NCBI GenBank assembly: GCA_963665275.2
Contig: CAXXIN010000006.1
Location: forward strand, 1 to 64,000
Direction of reading: 5' to 3'
Length of the DNA stretch: 64,000 nt
Origin: Negativicutes bacterium
Lineage (GTDB): Bacteria; Bacillota; Negativicutes; UBA1444
Shown one piece after another: positions 51,220 to 60,863 of the stretch. Position numbers and translations under genes: made by a program. Position 1 is the stretch's first letter. Every line of letters begins with the position of its first letter. The notes under the pieces are model-generated. The model saw nothing but the letters and a program-made list of their open reading frames with translations. It had not been told where the DNA came from and made no database searches.

Positions 51220-52653
51220 ATGAGCAAGAAACAAAAGAAACTAGAACTTGGCTCAATAAACGATAAACCGGACTCTCCAGAGGAAAATTGGACAAAGACG
51301 TATCAGGACCGTTACGCTGCAGGGAAAGCACTACGGCAGACCTGCCCCCGCGATTCGCATGCGGGCTGGGAGCCTCCGACAGACCGACCGGATCCGGTCC
51401 AGCTGGTTCTTTCAGCCGAAAAAGGAAGACTTGAAGATCTGTTGCCACTTCGCCACGGCCGCATGGCAAAGTCCCCATTCACCTTCTACAGGGGCGCGGC
51501 CCTCACCATGGCCAGTGATCTTTCATCCACACCGAACACCGGGATCCACGTCCAGTGCTGTGGGGATGCCCACCTATGCAACTTCGGCGGCTTTGCCACC
51601 CCGGAACGAAAAATCATCTTCGCCCTCAACGACCTCGACGAAACGCATCCGGCCCCGTGGGAGTGGGACGTCAAGCGCCTTGCCACCAGTTTCGTACTAG
51701 CCTGCCGTGACAACGGCCTGAAGGAAGGTGCGGCTAAGGATTGCACCCTGGCGTGCGTTCGATCCTACCGCGAATATATGACCGAGTATAGCCAGATGAA
51801 GACCCTGGATCTCTGGTATGAATCCCTAGGACCCGATGAACTCTTGCCTCCGGGCTCGAACCCCAAGCTTCGCAAACGGATGTTGGAGCGTATCCAGAAA
51901 GAACAGGCAAAGAGTCGCGGCGAAGAAATGTTCCCAAAATTAACGGAACTCAAGGGAGGTATGCCCGTCATAAAGGACCAGCTTCCCACCATCTTCCATG
52001 ACGAGGTAGCTCCTCCGGGGGTTATCCACCAGGTCGTTCTGGAAGCGCTTGCGGGATATCGCGCCACGCTTGCTCCTGCCTATCAGTCACTGTTTGACCG
52101 TTACGAACTGCGGGATGCTGCAGTCAAGGTAGTGGGTGTGGGCAGCGTTGGGACCTATTGCATGGTAATGCTCTTAACGGCCGATGAGAACGATCCTTTG
52201 TTCCTCCAGGTGAAGGAAGCACGCGCTTCGGTTCTGGAAGCTTACACAGGAGCAACCGTATTCCAGAACCATGGTCAGCGTGTCGTGAACGGCTATCGGA
52301 TGATGCTGCCTGCCAGCGATATGTTCTTGGGATGGAGCCAGGGTCCCAAACGCGATTTCTTTTTCCGTCAATTGCGCGACACCAAGATAAGCATCCGTGT
52401 GGAGACGCTCGATTCTTCAGAGATGGAACTCTACGCCACCTGGTGCGGCAGGGCGCTCGCGCTTTCCCATGCACGGTTCGGAAACTCCGCAATTCTCAGT
52501 GGGTACATGGGCAAGAGCGACGAATTCGACCGAGCTATAACGAAGTTCTCTGTTGCCTACGCCGACCAGAATGAGCAAGATTACGCCGCCTTTGACAAAG
52601 CAATTCGTGAGGGCACGGTGAAAGCGATCTTTGAAGAGGAATCGGAAACGTAG
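51220..52653 (+). CDS. DUF2252 family protein (kinase-like)
   Basis: RHGRMAKSPFTFYRGAA, CGDAHLCNFG, NDLDE, WEWDVKRL, KVVGVGSVG, LQVKEA. Confidence 0.9.
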   Translation: MSKKQKKLELGSINDKPDSPEENWTKTYQDRYAAGKALRQTCPRDSHAGWEPPTDRPDPVQLVLSAEKGRLEDLLPLRHGRMAKSPFTFYRGAALTMASDLSSTPNTGIHVQCCGDAHLCNFGGFATPERKIIFALNDLDETHPAPWEWDVKRLATSFVLACRDNGLKEGAAKDCTLACVRSYREYMTEYSQMKTLDLWYESLGPDELLPPGSNPKLRKRMLERIQKEQAKSRGEEMFPKLTELKGGMPVIKDQLPTIFHDEVAPPGVIHQVVLEALAGYRATLAPAYQSLFDRYELRDAAVKVVGVGSVGTYCMVMLLTADENDPLFLQVKEARASVLEAYTGATVFQNHGQRVVNGYRMMLPASDMFLGWSQGPKRDFFFRQLRDTKISIRVETLDSSEMELYATWCGRALALSHARFGNSAILSGYMGKSDEFDRAITKFSVAYADQNEQDYAAFDKAIREGTVKAIFEEESET

Positions 52654-52708
52654 GGGTGGTCGATAAAGAATCAACTAAGTTGTCAGTTGGAGAGGGGAGG
52701 CAGCAGCG

Positions 52709-53584
52709 ATGGGAAAAAAAACCAAGAAAAAGGAAAAACATGAACAGAAATTAGAAGCGAAAAGCAAGGCTCTGAGCTTCCGTAATGCGGAAGTGATTCC
52801 TGCAAACAAAGAGAAGATGGGTAATAAGGCGTACGAAGCTGAAATGTTCAAGCTGCAGGTCGAATTGGTCAAGTTGCAGGACTGGGTGAAACAGACCGGA
52901 GCTCGGGTCGTTATTCTCTTCGAGGGCCGGGACGCTGCAGGCAAAGGGGGCATTATCAAACGGATCATGGAACGGGTTAGTCCGCGCGTTTTTCGACTGG
53001 TTGCACTTCCTTCACCAACAGATCGTGAGAAATCTCAGCTCTATGCGCAGCGCTACATGGCACACATGCCTGCTGGAGGCGAGATCGTCATCTTTGACCG
53101 CAGCTGGTACAATCGAGCTGGTGTAGAGCATGTCATGGGTTTCTGCTCCGAAGAGGAATACCGTAAATTCCTCAAGGGCTGTCCCTTGTTCGAAAATATT
53201 TTGGTTAGCAATGGAATCATTCTGCTGAAATACTGGCTGGATGTTTCCGAGGAAGAACAGCACAAACGCTTCATCGCACGTATTGAGGATCCTTCGAAGC
53301 GCTGGAAGCTCAGTCCTATGGATCTGGAGTCGCACCGCCGATGGTATGATTATTCGCGTGCCCGAGACGTCATGCTGACAGCCACTGATACACCTACAAC
53401 TCCATGGTTCATCGTCCCTTCCAACGACAAGAAGCGCTGCCGACTCAACTGCATCGCTGATATTCTTAGCCGCATCCCGTATGAGGAGATTCCGTACACG
53501 CCACCGGAACTGCCTCCAAGGCAGAAATCCAAAGGATATGTGGAACCAGCGCAGACCCATCAAGTGATCGCGCAGCGTTGGTAA
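52709..53584 (+). CDS. ppk2: Polyphosphate kinase 2
   Basis: FEGRDAAGKGG, FDRSWYNRAGVE, WKLSPMD. Confidence 0.95.
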   Translation: MGKKTKKKEKHEQKLEAKSKALSFRNAEVIPANKEKMGNKAYEAEMFKLQVELVKLQDWVKQTGARVVILFEGRDAAGKGGIIKRIMERVSPRVFRLVALPSPTDREKSQLYAQRYMAHMPAGGEIVIFDRSWYNRAGVEHVMGFCSEEEYRKFLKGCPLFENILVSNGIILLKYWLDVSEEEQHKRFIARIEDPSKRWKLSPMDLESHRRWYDYSRARDVMLTATDTPTTPWFIVPSNDKKRCRLNCIADILSRIPYEEIPYTPPELPPRQKSKGYVEPAQTHQVIAQRW

Positions 53585-53634
53585 GTTAACATAGCTGGCC
53601 GTGACTATTGCTTCACAAATAATATGTAGTATGG

Positions 53635-53655
53635 ATGAACTGGAAACAGAATGCA
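53635..53655 (+). repeat. 21-bp inverted copy of the yitT start (20/21 identical)
   Basis: ATGAACTGGAAACAGAATGCA versus the reverse complement of 54547-54567, ATGAACTGGAAACACAATGCA. Confidence 0.8.
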
Positions 53656-53693
53656 GCCCCGGTCCACGTCAAAAGGTGGACCGGGGCTGCATT
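53650..53693. terminator. Strong hairpin between convergent ppk2 and yitT
   Basis: AATGCAGCCCCGGTCCAC-GTCAAAAG-GTGGACCGGGGCTGCATT, 18-bp perfect stem. Confidence 0.75.
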
Positions 53694-53709
53694 ACATTAT
53701 TTCAACCGT

Positions 53710-54567
53710 TCAATGAATCGCGCGTTTTTTGACACGACCACCCAGCACATCATGCACTTCATGGATGGTTACAAAAGCATTGGGGTCGTTTTCAAAGACA
53801 ATCGACTTCAATTTGGCGACTTCCAGGCGGGTAATGACAGAGTAGAGTACTTTTTTGGGTTCACCGGAATAACCGCCCTCTCCATGGAGGATGGTTACAC
53901 CTCGTCCGAGTCGATGCAAAAGAATATCGGCGATCACCTGGGGATAATCCGTAACGATCATCACTCCTTTGGATTCGTCCAAGCCTTGTATGGTGACGTC
54001 AATCGTCTTGAATGCCACGAAGTAGGCTACGATGGAGTACATGGCTTTTTCCCAGCCGAAAACAAAGCCGGCGCAGGCAAAAATGAACAGGTTCATGAAC
54101 ATAATGAATTCGCCAACCGAAAAGCCGGTTCTTTTTGCGAGGATGATGGCGACAATTTCTGTTCCATCCAAGGATCCTCCATACCGGATGATGAGACCCA
54201 CGCCGATTCCGACCATGATGCCGCCAAAAATTGCGGCCAGAAACAGATCATAGGTGACATTTTCCAGTGGGCGGAACACGGTTGTCCAGTAGGCGAGAGA
54301 GGAAACCGAGAAAATGGTGGCGAAAGCAAAACTGCGGCCGATTTGGAGATAACCCAAATAAAGAAAAGGGATATTCAACGCGATGATATACATCGCAAAC
54401 GGAAAACTGGTAATGTGGCCAAGCATAATGGCGACACCTACCACTCCGCCATCGATGATCTGATTCGGGATGAGAAATTCTTCCAACCCGAATGCGGCGA
54501 TAATCGAACCGAGGAAGAGAATCGCATAAGTCGTGAATTGGTGAAGTGCATTGTGTTTCCAGTTCAT
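53710..54567 (-). CDS. YitT family membrane protein (UPF0750/DUF161 + DUF2179)
   Basis: IIDGGVVG, LNIPFL, GGSLDGTE, LGRGVT, DPNAFV. Confidence 0.92.
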   Translation of the reverse strand: MNWKHNALHQFTTYAILFLGSIIAAFGLEEFLIPNQIIDGGVVGVAIMLGHITSFPFAMYIIALNIPFLYLGYLQIGRSFAFATIFSVSSLAYWTTVFRPLENVTYDLFLAAIFGGIMVGIGVGLIIRYGGSLDGTEIVAIILAKRTGFSVGEFIMFMNLFIFACAGFVFGWEKAMYSIVAYFVAFKTIDVTIQGLDESKGVMIVTDYPQVIADILLHRLGRGVTILHGEGGYSGEPKKVLYSVITRLEVAKLKSIVFENDPNAFVTIHEVHDVLGGRVKKRAIH

Positions 54568-54625
54568 AGAATCCCCCCTGCGCTATTTTATCATGAAAAA
54601 ACAGCGCAGTTCAAACGGGGCGATA

Positions 54626-57076
54626 TTAAATGAACAGGTTCATGTCCGACTGCTCCGCTGACTCGATGTAACTTGCCACTCCGGCAATTTCGACTCCGTC
54701 TATCAACTCGTCCGCCGTAAGCCCCATGACATCCATCGACATCTGACAAGCAATCAGGCGGACTCCCTGCTTCTGTGCATGGTTGATCAGTTCCGGCAGA
54801 GTGCTGACGTTTTTTTGCTTCATGATATATTTCATCATCAGCGTCCCCATCCCGCCCATATGCATTTTCGATAAGCTCAGCTGTGTAGGGCCTTCCGGGA
54901 GCATCCACCCGAACATTTTCGCCAGCAGGTCTTTGCTGACGGCCGGAGGGGGAGTTTTTCGCAGTATGCTGAGTCCCCAGAAAGTGAAGAATAGGGTCAC
55001 CGGTTTCCCTGTAGCGGCTGCCCCGTTGGCAATAATAAACGAAGCAATGGCCTTGTCCAGATCATTGCTGAAAACAACGATGGTTTTTCCGCTGTTCGGG
55101 GAGGATGCATTGGCTGCTGCGTTTGCGGTGGGAACGGATGAACCTTTCCGGACCCGGGCGGTGATGATTCCCTGGCTTGCATTAATTTCGATCAAAGTAT
55201 TGCGAGTGGAGCGGCACCAGGACGCAATATCGTTTTTAAAGCCGGGGTCGGTAGTTTTGACTTCAATGACTGACCCCTCAGCCGCACCTGCCACTGCTTC
55301 CGCCAGTTTCATGATCGGACCGGGACACTGTAGTCCGCAGGCATCGATGGAGAGCGAAATTTCGGCTGGATTCTGCATGTTGCCACGCTCCTGTATTTCA
55401 ATGTTTGAATTATTGACGTTAGCGGCGGCAGTTTCTTTGCCATCGGCCATGATTGGTTTGTAGATGGATAATCCGCCAATCAGGTTGTATATTTCGCTAA
55501 AACCATTCTGCAGCAAAATGCGGCTGGCAAAATAGCCTTTTTGGCCTTTGGCGCAAAATGTAACAACCTTTTTGTTTTTTGGTATTTCGTCCATACGGCC
55601 GCGCAGCTCTTCGAGTGGAATGTTAACGGCATTCTTGATGCTGCCCAATGAAAATTCCAGCGAAGAGCGAACATCCAGCAAAACTGTATTTGCATCCGTC
55701 GGATTGATTTCATTCCAATGAATTGGCTTCATTTTTCCGCTTCGCATATTTTCTGCGATCATTCCAATCACATTGACTGGATCTTTAGCGGAACCAAATG
55801 GCGGTGCGTAAGCCAGTTCCAGATCCATCAAATCGCTTGTCGCGCCGGCAAAAGCCATGGCAGTGGCGAGGGCGTCGATTCTTTTATCAACCCCGTCAAT
55901 GCCGACGATTTGTGCGCCCAGAATTTTCCCGTCGGTAGGGTCAAACAACAGTTTGATCGACATCGCAAAAGGATTCGGGTAATACTCGGCATGCGACCAC
56001 CCGAGGGAATAGGCTTTTTGGCATGCGATATTGAGACGTTTCAGCTGTTTTTCATTATTGCCTGTCGTGGCAACCGTGAGATCAAATACCTTGGCAACTG
56101 AGGTCCCCAATGTGTGCCGATAACGGCTGTCCATGCCGGCAATGTTTTCCGCAACGATCCGGCCCTGTCGGTTGGCTGGACCGGCCAAAGGGATCATCGC
56201 TTTCTGCGTCGATACTGCGCCATTGATTTCTATCGCGTCACCTAATGCGTAGATATCAGGATCGCTGGTCCGCAGGTGCTCATCGACCCAAATCCCGCCG
56301 CTGACTCCAATCGTCAATCCGGCCGCGGTTGCCAGAGTCGTTTCCGGGCGTACGCCGATCGCCAAAATCACCAGATCAGTTTCGATTTGCGTGCCGCTAC
56401 GCAAAACGACTGTTAACGTTTCACCGGCGTTAAAGGCTTGCACACCATCAGACAAGTGCAGCGCGACACCCTGATCACGGATATGCTGGTGTACTTGAGC
56501 TGCCAGTTCTATATCCAGTGGCGCCATCACCTGCTCGGAAAGTTCGACGATGGCAACTTTCAGACCCCGATGCACTAAATTCTCAGCCATTTCCAACCCG
56601 ATAAAGCCGCCCCCGACCACAACGGCCTGAGAGCCGGGCTTGGCAGCCTGTTTGATTTTGACTCCGTCCTCCACAGTGCGCACCGTGAAGATTCTTTCAT
56701 CCCCAATGCCGGGGATGGGAGGGCGAAGCGGCGCGGCGCCGGGAGACAAAACCAGCTTGTCGTAAGTTTCTTCGTATTGCTCGTGGGTCTGATGATTGAG
56801 CGCCGTTACTGTTTTTCGGGTGCGGTCAATTGCAGTTATTTCCGTTTCAGTCCGCACATCCACACTTAGCAGCGCTTTGAATTTTTCGGGTGTCATTACC
56901 AGCAGTTTATTCTCATCCTTGATCACGTCGCCGCAATAATACGGGATACCGCAGTTGGCAAAGGAGATATGTCGTCCCCGTTCGAACATGATGATTTCGC
57001 AGTGCTCGTCCATTCTGCGCAAACGGGCTGCGGTACTCGCTCCGCCGGCAACTCCACCGATGATGATTACTTTCAT
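54626..57076 (-). CDS. CoA-disulfide reductase-rhodanese-TusA/SirA-DsrE/F fusion protein
   Basis: GGVAGGAS, SFANCGIPY, YAPPF; rhodanese DVRS..EF and FCAKG; TusA CGLQCPGP; DsrE FFTFWG and ACQMSMDVMG. Confidence 0.93.
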   Translation of the reverse strand: MKVIIIGGVAGGASTAARLRRMDEHCEIIMFERGRHISFANCGIPYYCGDVIKDENKLLVMTPEKFKALLSVDVRTETEITAIDRTRKTVTALNHQTHEQYEETYDKLVLSPGAAPLRPPIPGIGDERIFTVRTVEDGVKIKQAAKPGSQAVVVGGGFIGLEMAENLVHRGLKVAIVELSEQVMAPLDIELAAQVHQHIRDQGVALHLSDGVQAFNAGETLTVVLRSGTQIETDLVILAIGVRPETTLATAAGLTIGVSGGIWVDEHLRTSDPDIYALGDAIEINGAVSTQKAMIPLAGPANRQGRIVAENIAGMDSRYRHTLGTSVAKVFDLTVATTGNNEKQLKRLNIACQKAYSLGWSHAEYYPNPFAMSIKLLFDPTDGKILGAQIVGIDGVDKRIDALATAMAFAGATSDLMDLELAYAPPFGSAKDPVNVIGMIAENMRSGKMKPIHWNEINPTDANTVLLDVRSSLEFSLGSIKNAVNIPLEELRGRMDEIPKNKKVVTFCAKGQKGYFASRILLQNGFSEIYNLIGGLSIYKPIMADGKETAAANVNNSNIEIQERGNMQNPAEISLSIDACGLQCPGPIMKLAEAVAGAAEGSVIEVKTTDPGFKNDIASWCRSTRNTLIEINASQGIITARVRKGSSVPTANAAANASSPNSGKTIVVFSNDLDKAIASFIIANGAAATGKPVTLFFTFWGLSILRKTPPPAVSKDLLAKMFGWMLPEGPTQLSLSKMHMGGMGTLMMKYIMKQKNVSTLPELINHAQKQGVRLIACQMSMDVMGLTADELIDGVEIAGVASYIESAEQSDMNLFI

Positions 57077-57103
57077 TCTTTGTTTCAATCCTCCATTTCC
57101 TTA

Positions 57104-57433
57104 TTATAAAGTCGCGAATTCGCTTTCAGGATCGTCGGTTGGGCATTGGCCCGTGGCAAGGTTTTGTCCATCAAGCCCTTGCAGCATTCCCCGTACCTCT
57201 TCGTTGACCAGTTTATAACAGATCAGATTTCCCTTCCGGCACCCGATGATAATTCCAGCTGCTTTCAAAACGGTAAGATGCTGCGAAATAACCGGCTGTG
57301 GCAAGCCCATCTTTTCAACCATTTTATTCACATGGCATTCATCTTTTTGCATCAGTCCGGCGACGATCTGAACGCGTACTGGATGGGCCAGGGCTTTGAA
57401 GAGATAGGCCAGTTTCTCAAAATCACAACTCAT
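57104..57433 (-). CDS. ArsR/SmtB family repressor (Cys-containing)
   Basis: FKALAHPVRVQI, QPVISQHLTVLK, several Cys residues. Confidence 0.9.
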   Translation of the reverse strand: MSCDFEKLAYLFKALAHPVRVQIVAGLMQKDECHVNKMVEKMGLPQPVISQHLTVLKAAGIIIGCRKGNLICYKLVNEEVRGMLQGLDGQNLATGQCPTDDPESEFATL

Positions 57434-57455
57434 CTTTTCTATGCAACCCCTTTAA

Positions 57456-57508
57456 ATATTAAAAAATTAGGATATTAGAATTATCTAATATAAAATTGTT
57501 CGTGTCAA
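57456..57508 (-). promoter_or_regulatory. Promoter with overlapping palindromic ArsR operator
   Basis: Minus-strand TTGACA (57508-57503), 17 bp, GATAAT (57485-57480); palindrome ATATTAGAATTATCTAATAT at 57472-57491. Confidence 0.65.
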
Positions 57509-57797
57509 GCATCCTCACGCATTATTTGGATGCAATGAATGGGTGCCTTTTTCAGATATATTTGGTTTCGGGATTTACAGTCGTGATTGTTCATGCTAAA
57601 ATTTAATTATTGATTGGATTTTGGCTTGTTCTTAGTGGCAATGGGGCCTTTGCAGGGAAGTTTTCTCTGCAGAGGCCGTTTTATCTTTTATGAAGGGTTT
57701 TCAAAAAAACAGTTGAGTGCAGAGTGGAGAAATATGCCGGACACTGAGGGGATATGTTATAATTTTTCCAGGTGGAAGGAAAAAATTGGAGGAAATG

Positions 57798-58832
57798 ATG
57801 TCGAATAATTTTGAGAGATTCAGTCCCTTGGCGAACCGCTTGGATCGGTTGATGAGTCTGGACATTGCGTGTCGCGGCGTAATCCAGGTCCTGTATACGG
57901 CTGCTGCCGAACAGCAGGGCGCCCCCTTGGTATTGTCGGCGGCCCAAAATCTGTTGCAACAGGTGCGCCCAGGTGATGCTGTTTTCATCGCCACCGGTTG
58001 GATGGATCAACCGCTTGTAGATCCTGGTCATGGTGAAACGGATGGGCCTCCAGGCGCGATTGCTCTGGCTCGCGCATTGCGGATCACTTGCAAGGCAAGG
58101 CCGATCATCCTCACAGACGCCAGCCTGGTCGACGGCATCGCCACTTTGGCCAGAGCCTCCGGATGTCAGTGCGTGCCACCGGAAAATCTGCACTACTCGA
58201 TTTCTATGAACAAACTGTTGACGTTGTCGGTTCTGCCTTTTCCCGAAGATTGGACAAGCGCCCAGAAAGAAGCGCTCCGCCTATTCGACGAGTTTTCTCC
58301 GACAGCCTGTATCGCATTGGAACGAGGCGCGATGAATGAGCAGGGTGTCATCCACAATATGGCCGGCATGAATACCAACGCTTCGCAAGCTAAATTGGAC
58401 GCAGTGTTTCAGGTCGCAACACAAAAATCCGTTTTGACCCTGGGGATTGGTGACGGCGGTAATGAGATCGGCATGGCGAATATTGCCGACTGTATTCGCT
58501 CCTCCATTCCTTTTGGCCGAGAATGCGCCTGCGGTTGCGGCGGAGGGCTGGCGCCCGCTACCTTGGTTGATCTTCTTATGCCTGCGGCTGTCAGCAACTG
58601 GGGTGCTTATGCGCTGGCATCAATGCTCGCGGCGCTTACCGGCATGAAGGAAGCGCTGCCGGATCCAGTACGAGAACGCCGTGTTTTAGAAGCGTCAGTC
58701 GGCGCTGGATTTCATGATGCCATCTATGGCGAAGTCTGCGGTAGCGTGGATGGGGCTTCCATGGAGACTCAACTGGCGGTTGTGCAGCTAATGCGGGAGG
58801 CAGTACTGCAGGATGCCAAACGTAACGGATGA
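57798..58832 (+). CDS. DUF4392 / glutamate cyclase domain protein
   Basis: ETDGPPGA, ALERG, IGDGGNEIGM, AVSNWG. Confidence 0.85.
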   Translation: MSNNFERFSPLANRLDRLMSLDIACRGVIQVLYTAAAEQQGAPLVLSAAQNLLQQVRPGDAVFIATGWMDQPLVDPGHGETDGPPGAIALARALRITCKARPIILTDASLVDGIATLARASGCQCVPPENLHYSISMNKLLTLSVLPFPEDWTSAQKEALRLFDEFSPTACIALERGAMNEQGVIHNMAGMNTNASQAKLDAVFQVATQKSVLTLGIGDGGNEIGMANIADCIRSSIPFGRECACGCGGGLAPATLVDLLMPAAVSNWGAYALASMLAALTGMKEALPDPVRERRVLEASVGAGFHDAIYGEVCGSVDGASMETQLAVVQLMREAVLQDAKRNG

Positions 58833-58847
58833 ACAGGAGGGGCGATC

Positions 58848-59639
58848 GTGACAGAGCTAATCAATGAATCTCCGCAACAGGTGCGTGAAAAGATCCGCCG
58901 CGGCGAGTGGGTCCGTCCCACTGCCGGTTTATGTCCGGGCCATGTACAGGCGAATCTTGCCATAGTTCCCAAGAACCTAGCCTATGAATTCCTGCTGTTT
59001 TGTCAACGCAACCCGAAGCCTTGCCCGGTTCTGGACGTGACGGACGCCGGATCGCCGGAACCTCGCTTTTTGGCGCCGGGAGCAGATTTGCGCTATGACA
59101 TCCCCAAATATCGTGTCTGGAAACACGGCGAACTGGTTGATGAGCCTACGGATGTTGCCAGCTATTGGCGTGACGATTTGGTGGCTTTTTTGCTCGGTTG
59201 CAGTTTTACGTTCGAATCAGCCTTGCTGAAGGCCGGCGTTCCCGTGCGCCATATCGAGGAAGACCGGAATGTTCCGATGTATATGACCAACATCGCTTGT
59301 CGCCCGGCAGGATTCTTCCATGGATCGACTGTTGTCAGTATGCGGCCAATGCGCCCTGAGTTGGCAATTCGTGCAGTACAGGTAACTTCGCGGTTCCCTG
59401 GAGTCCATGGGGCGCCGCTGCACATCGGGGATCCGGCGGCCATCGGCATCGCGGACGTGCATAAACCGGATTTTGGCGAAGCAGTCACTATGAACTCCGG
59501 AGAAGTACCGGTATTCTGGGCCTGCGGCGTTACCCCTCAGGCGGTTGCGATGGCAGTCAAGCCGGAGCTGATGATCACGCATGCTCCCGGCTACATGTTC
59601 ATCGGCGATATTCGTGATGAAGAACTGGCTGTGTTCTAA
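58848..59639 (+). CDS. Putative hydro-lyase (DUF1445/YcsI, D-glutamate cyclase family)
   Basis: QANL, FCQRNPKPCP, LGCSFTFE, VPVFWACGVTPQ, THAPG. Confidence 0.9.
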   Translation: MTELINESPQQVREKIRRGEWVRPTAGLCPGHVQANLAIVPKNLAYEFLLFCQRNPKPCPVLDVTDAGSPEPRFLAPGADLRYDIPKYRVWKHGELVDEPTDVASYWRDDLVAFLLGCSFTFESALLKAGVPVRHIEEDRNVPMYMTNIACRPAGFFHGSTVVSMRPMRPELAIRAVQVTSRFPGVHGAPLHIGDPAAIGIADVHKPDFGEAVTMNSGEVPVFWACGVTPQAVAMAVKPELMITHAPGYMFIGDIRDEELAVF

Positions 59640-59664
59640 AAAATATTTGGCGCAAAGAACCTCA

Positions 59665-59712
59665 AAGGGCTGTCTCAAAACAGGTTTTTCAATCTGTTTT
59701 GAGACAGCCCTT
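59665..59712. terminator. Bidirectional terminator hairpin
   Basis: AAGGGCTGTCTCAAAACAG...CTGTTTTGAGACAGCCCTT. Confidence 0.75.
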
Positions 59713-59768
59713 CGTAAGAACAACTGTGTTGCCATCGGTCTCTTGCCTGCGGATTAATAGATGAGTTT

Positions 59769-60863
59769 CTAGTGGTGGTGAGCCAGCCGGCTGAGAGCGA
59801 AGACTTCTTCTTCGCCCAATACGCGGCGAATTTCCACTTTGGGATGTTCACGCAGATCCAGCATCGCTTTTTTCGTCAGGATTTTTTTGTGCGAATTGAG
59901 CATCAAGCGTATCGTCGGTCTATTCTGCATGCCCCAGTATAGCGCCACCACCACGCCGATGTCACCTGTCGACAATTCTACAACGCTGCCAACAGGGTAC
60001 ATGGCAAGGCGAGTCAAGAACGCCGTCAGCACTTCTGTGTCAAACTGCTGATTCATAGCATCCGCCATCATCAGGCAGGCTTCGTGAGGGAAACGGGCTT
60101 TGCTGTAAGGCCTGTCACAGGTTACCTCGTCGTAAACATCCGCCACAGCAACGATCCTCGCATATTCGAGAATCTCCGACTTGGCCAGTTGTCGGGGATA
60201 ACCGGTTCCGTCCGGGCGTTTATGATGCTGCAGGGCCATGTGCATCACCGGAGCGGGGATGATCCTCGGACTGGCGGAACGCAGAATGCCAAACCCCAGT
60301 GTCACGTGTTCCATCATAATTTCGTATTCCGCTGTCGTCAAAAGGCCGCGCTTATTGACAATTGCGGGGTCGATGAGCATTTTGCCAACATCGTGCAACA
60401 AACCGCCCAATGCCACATCATGCATCTTTCGGGGCGGATAATCCATCGCCAGGGCGATCACAACACACAACACTGCTACATTGACCGAGTGACTGAAAGT
60501 AGCCTCTTTATACGAACGGGTATCAGTCAGCTGTACCAGCGATCGGGAATTGAGAGTCACTTCGGTCACGATCTGGGCCGCCATATCCATGAACTGGTGC
60601 ACGTTCCAGGGCTTTCCCTCCCGGATTGCCAAAAATTCCTTCTGTAGCGACGAAATCAAACGAATTCGTGTCATTTCGTCAATGATATCGGAAGGAACGG
60701 CATCGGCAAAAAACGGATTATGAACATAAACCGCTGGAATGCCGACCTGCTTCAGCCGTTTGATATAAAGCTCTGTGATTTCCACATTGGCTCTGATCAA
60801 CAGTTGGCCTTCAGCAGTGAAGATGTTTTCCGAAGTCAGCATGCCGGGACGCAGTCTTTGCAA
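59769..60863 (-). CDS. HD-GYP domain phosphodiesterase
   Basis: HSVNVA, LLHDVGK, HHKRPDGTGYP, VADVYD, YPVGSVVELSTG. Confidence 0.9.
   Translation of the reverse strand: MQRLRPGMLTSENIFTAEGQLLIRANVEITELYIKRLKQVGIPAVYVHNPFFADAVPSDIIDEMTRIRLISSLQKEFLAIREGKPWNVHQFMDMAAQIVTEVTLNSRSLVQLTDTRSYKEATFSHSVNVAVLCVVIALAMDYPPRKMHDVALGGLLHDVGKMLIDPAIVNKRGLLTTAEYEIMMEHVTLGFGILRSASPRIIPAPVMHMALQHHKRPDGTGYPRQLAKSEILEYARIVAVADVYDEVTCDRPYSKARFPHEACLMMADAMNQQFDTEVLTAFLTRLAMYPVGSVVELSTGDIGVVVALYWGMQNRPTIRLMLNSHKKILTKKAMLDLREHPKVEIRRVLGEEEVFALSRLAHHH

Noticed and set aside
53635-54633. 332-aa plus-strand ORF antisense to yitT
   Set aside because: Shadow ORF with no recognisable protein features and a weak RBS; its ATG comes from the 21-bp inverted repeat, which is reported separately.
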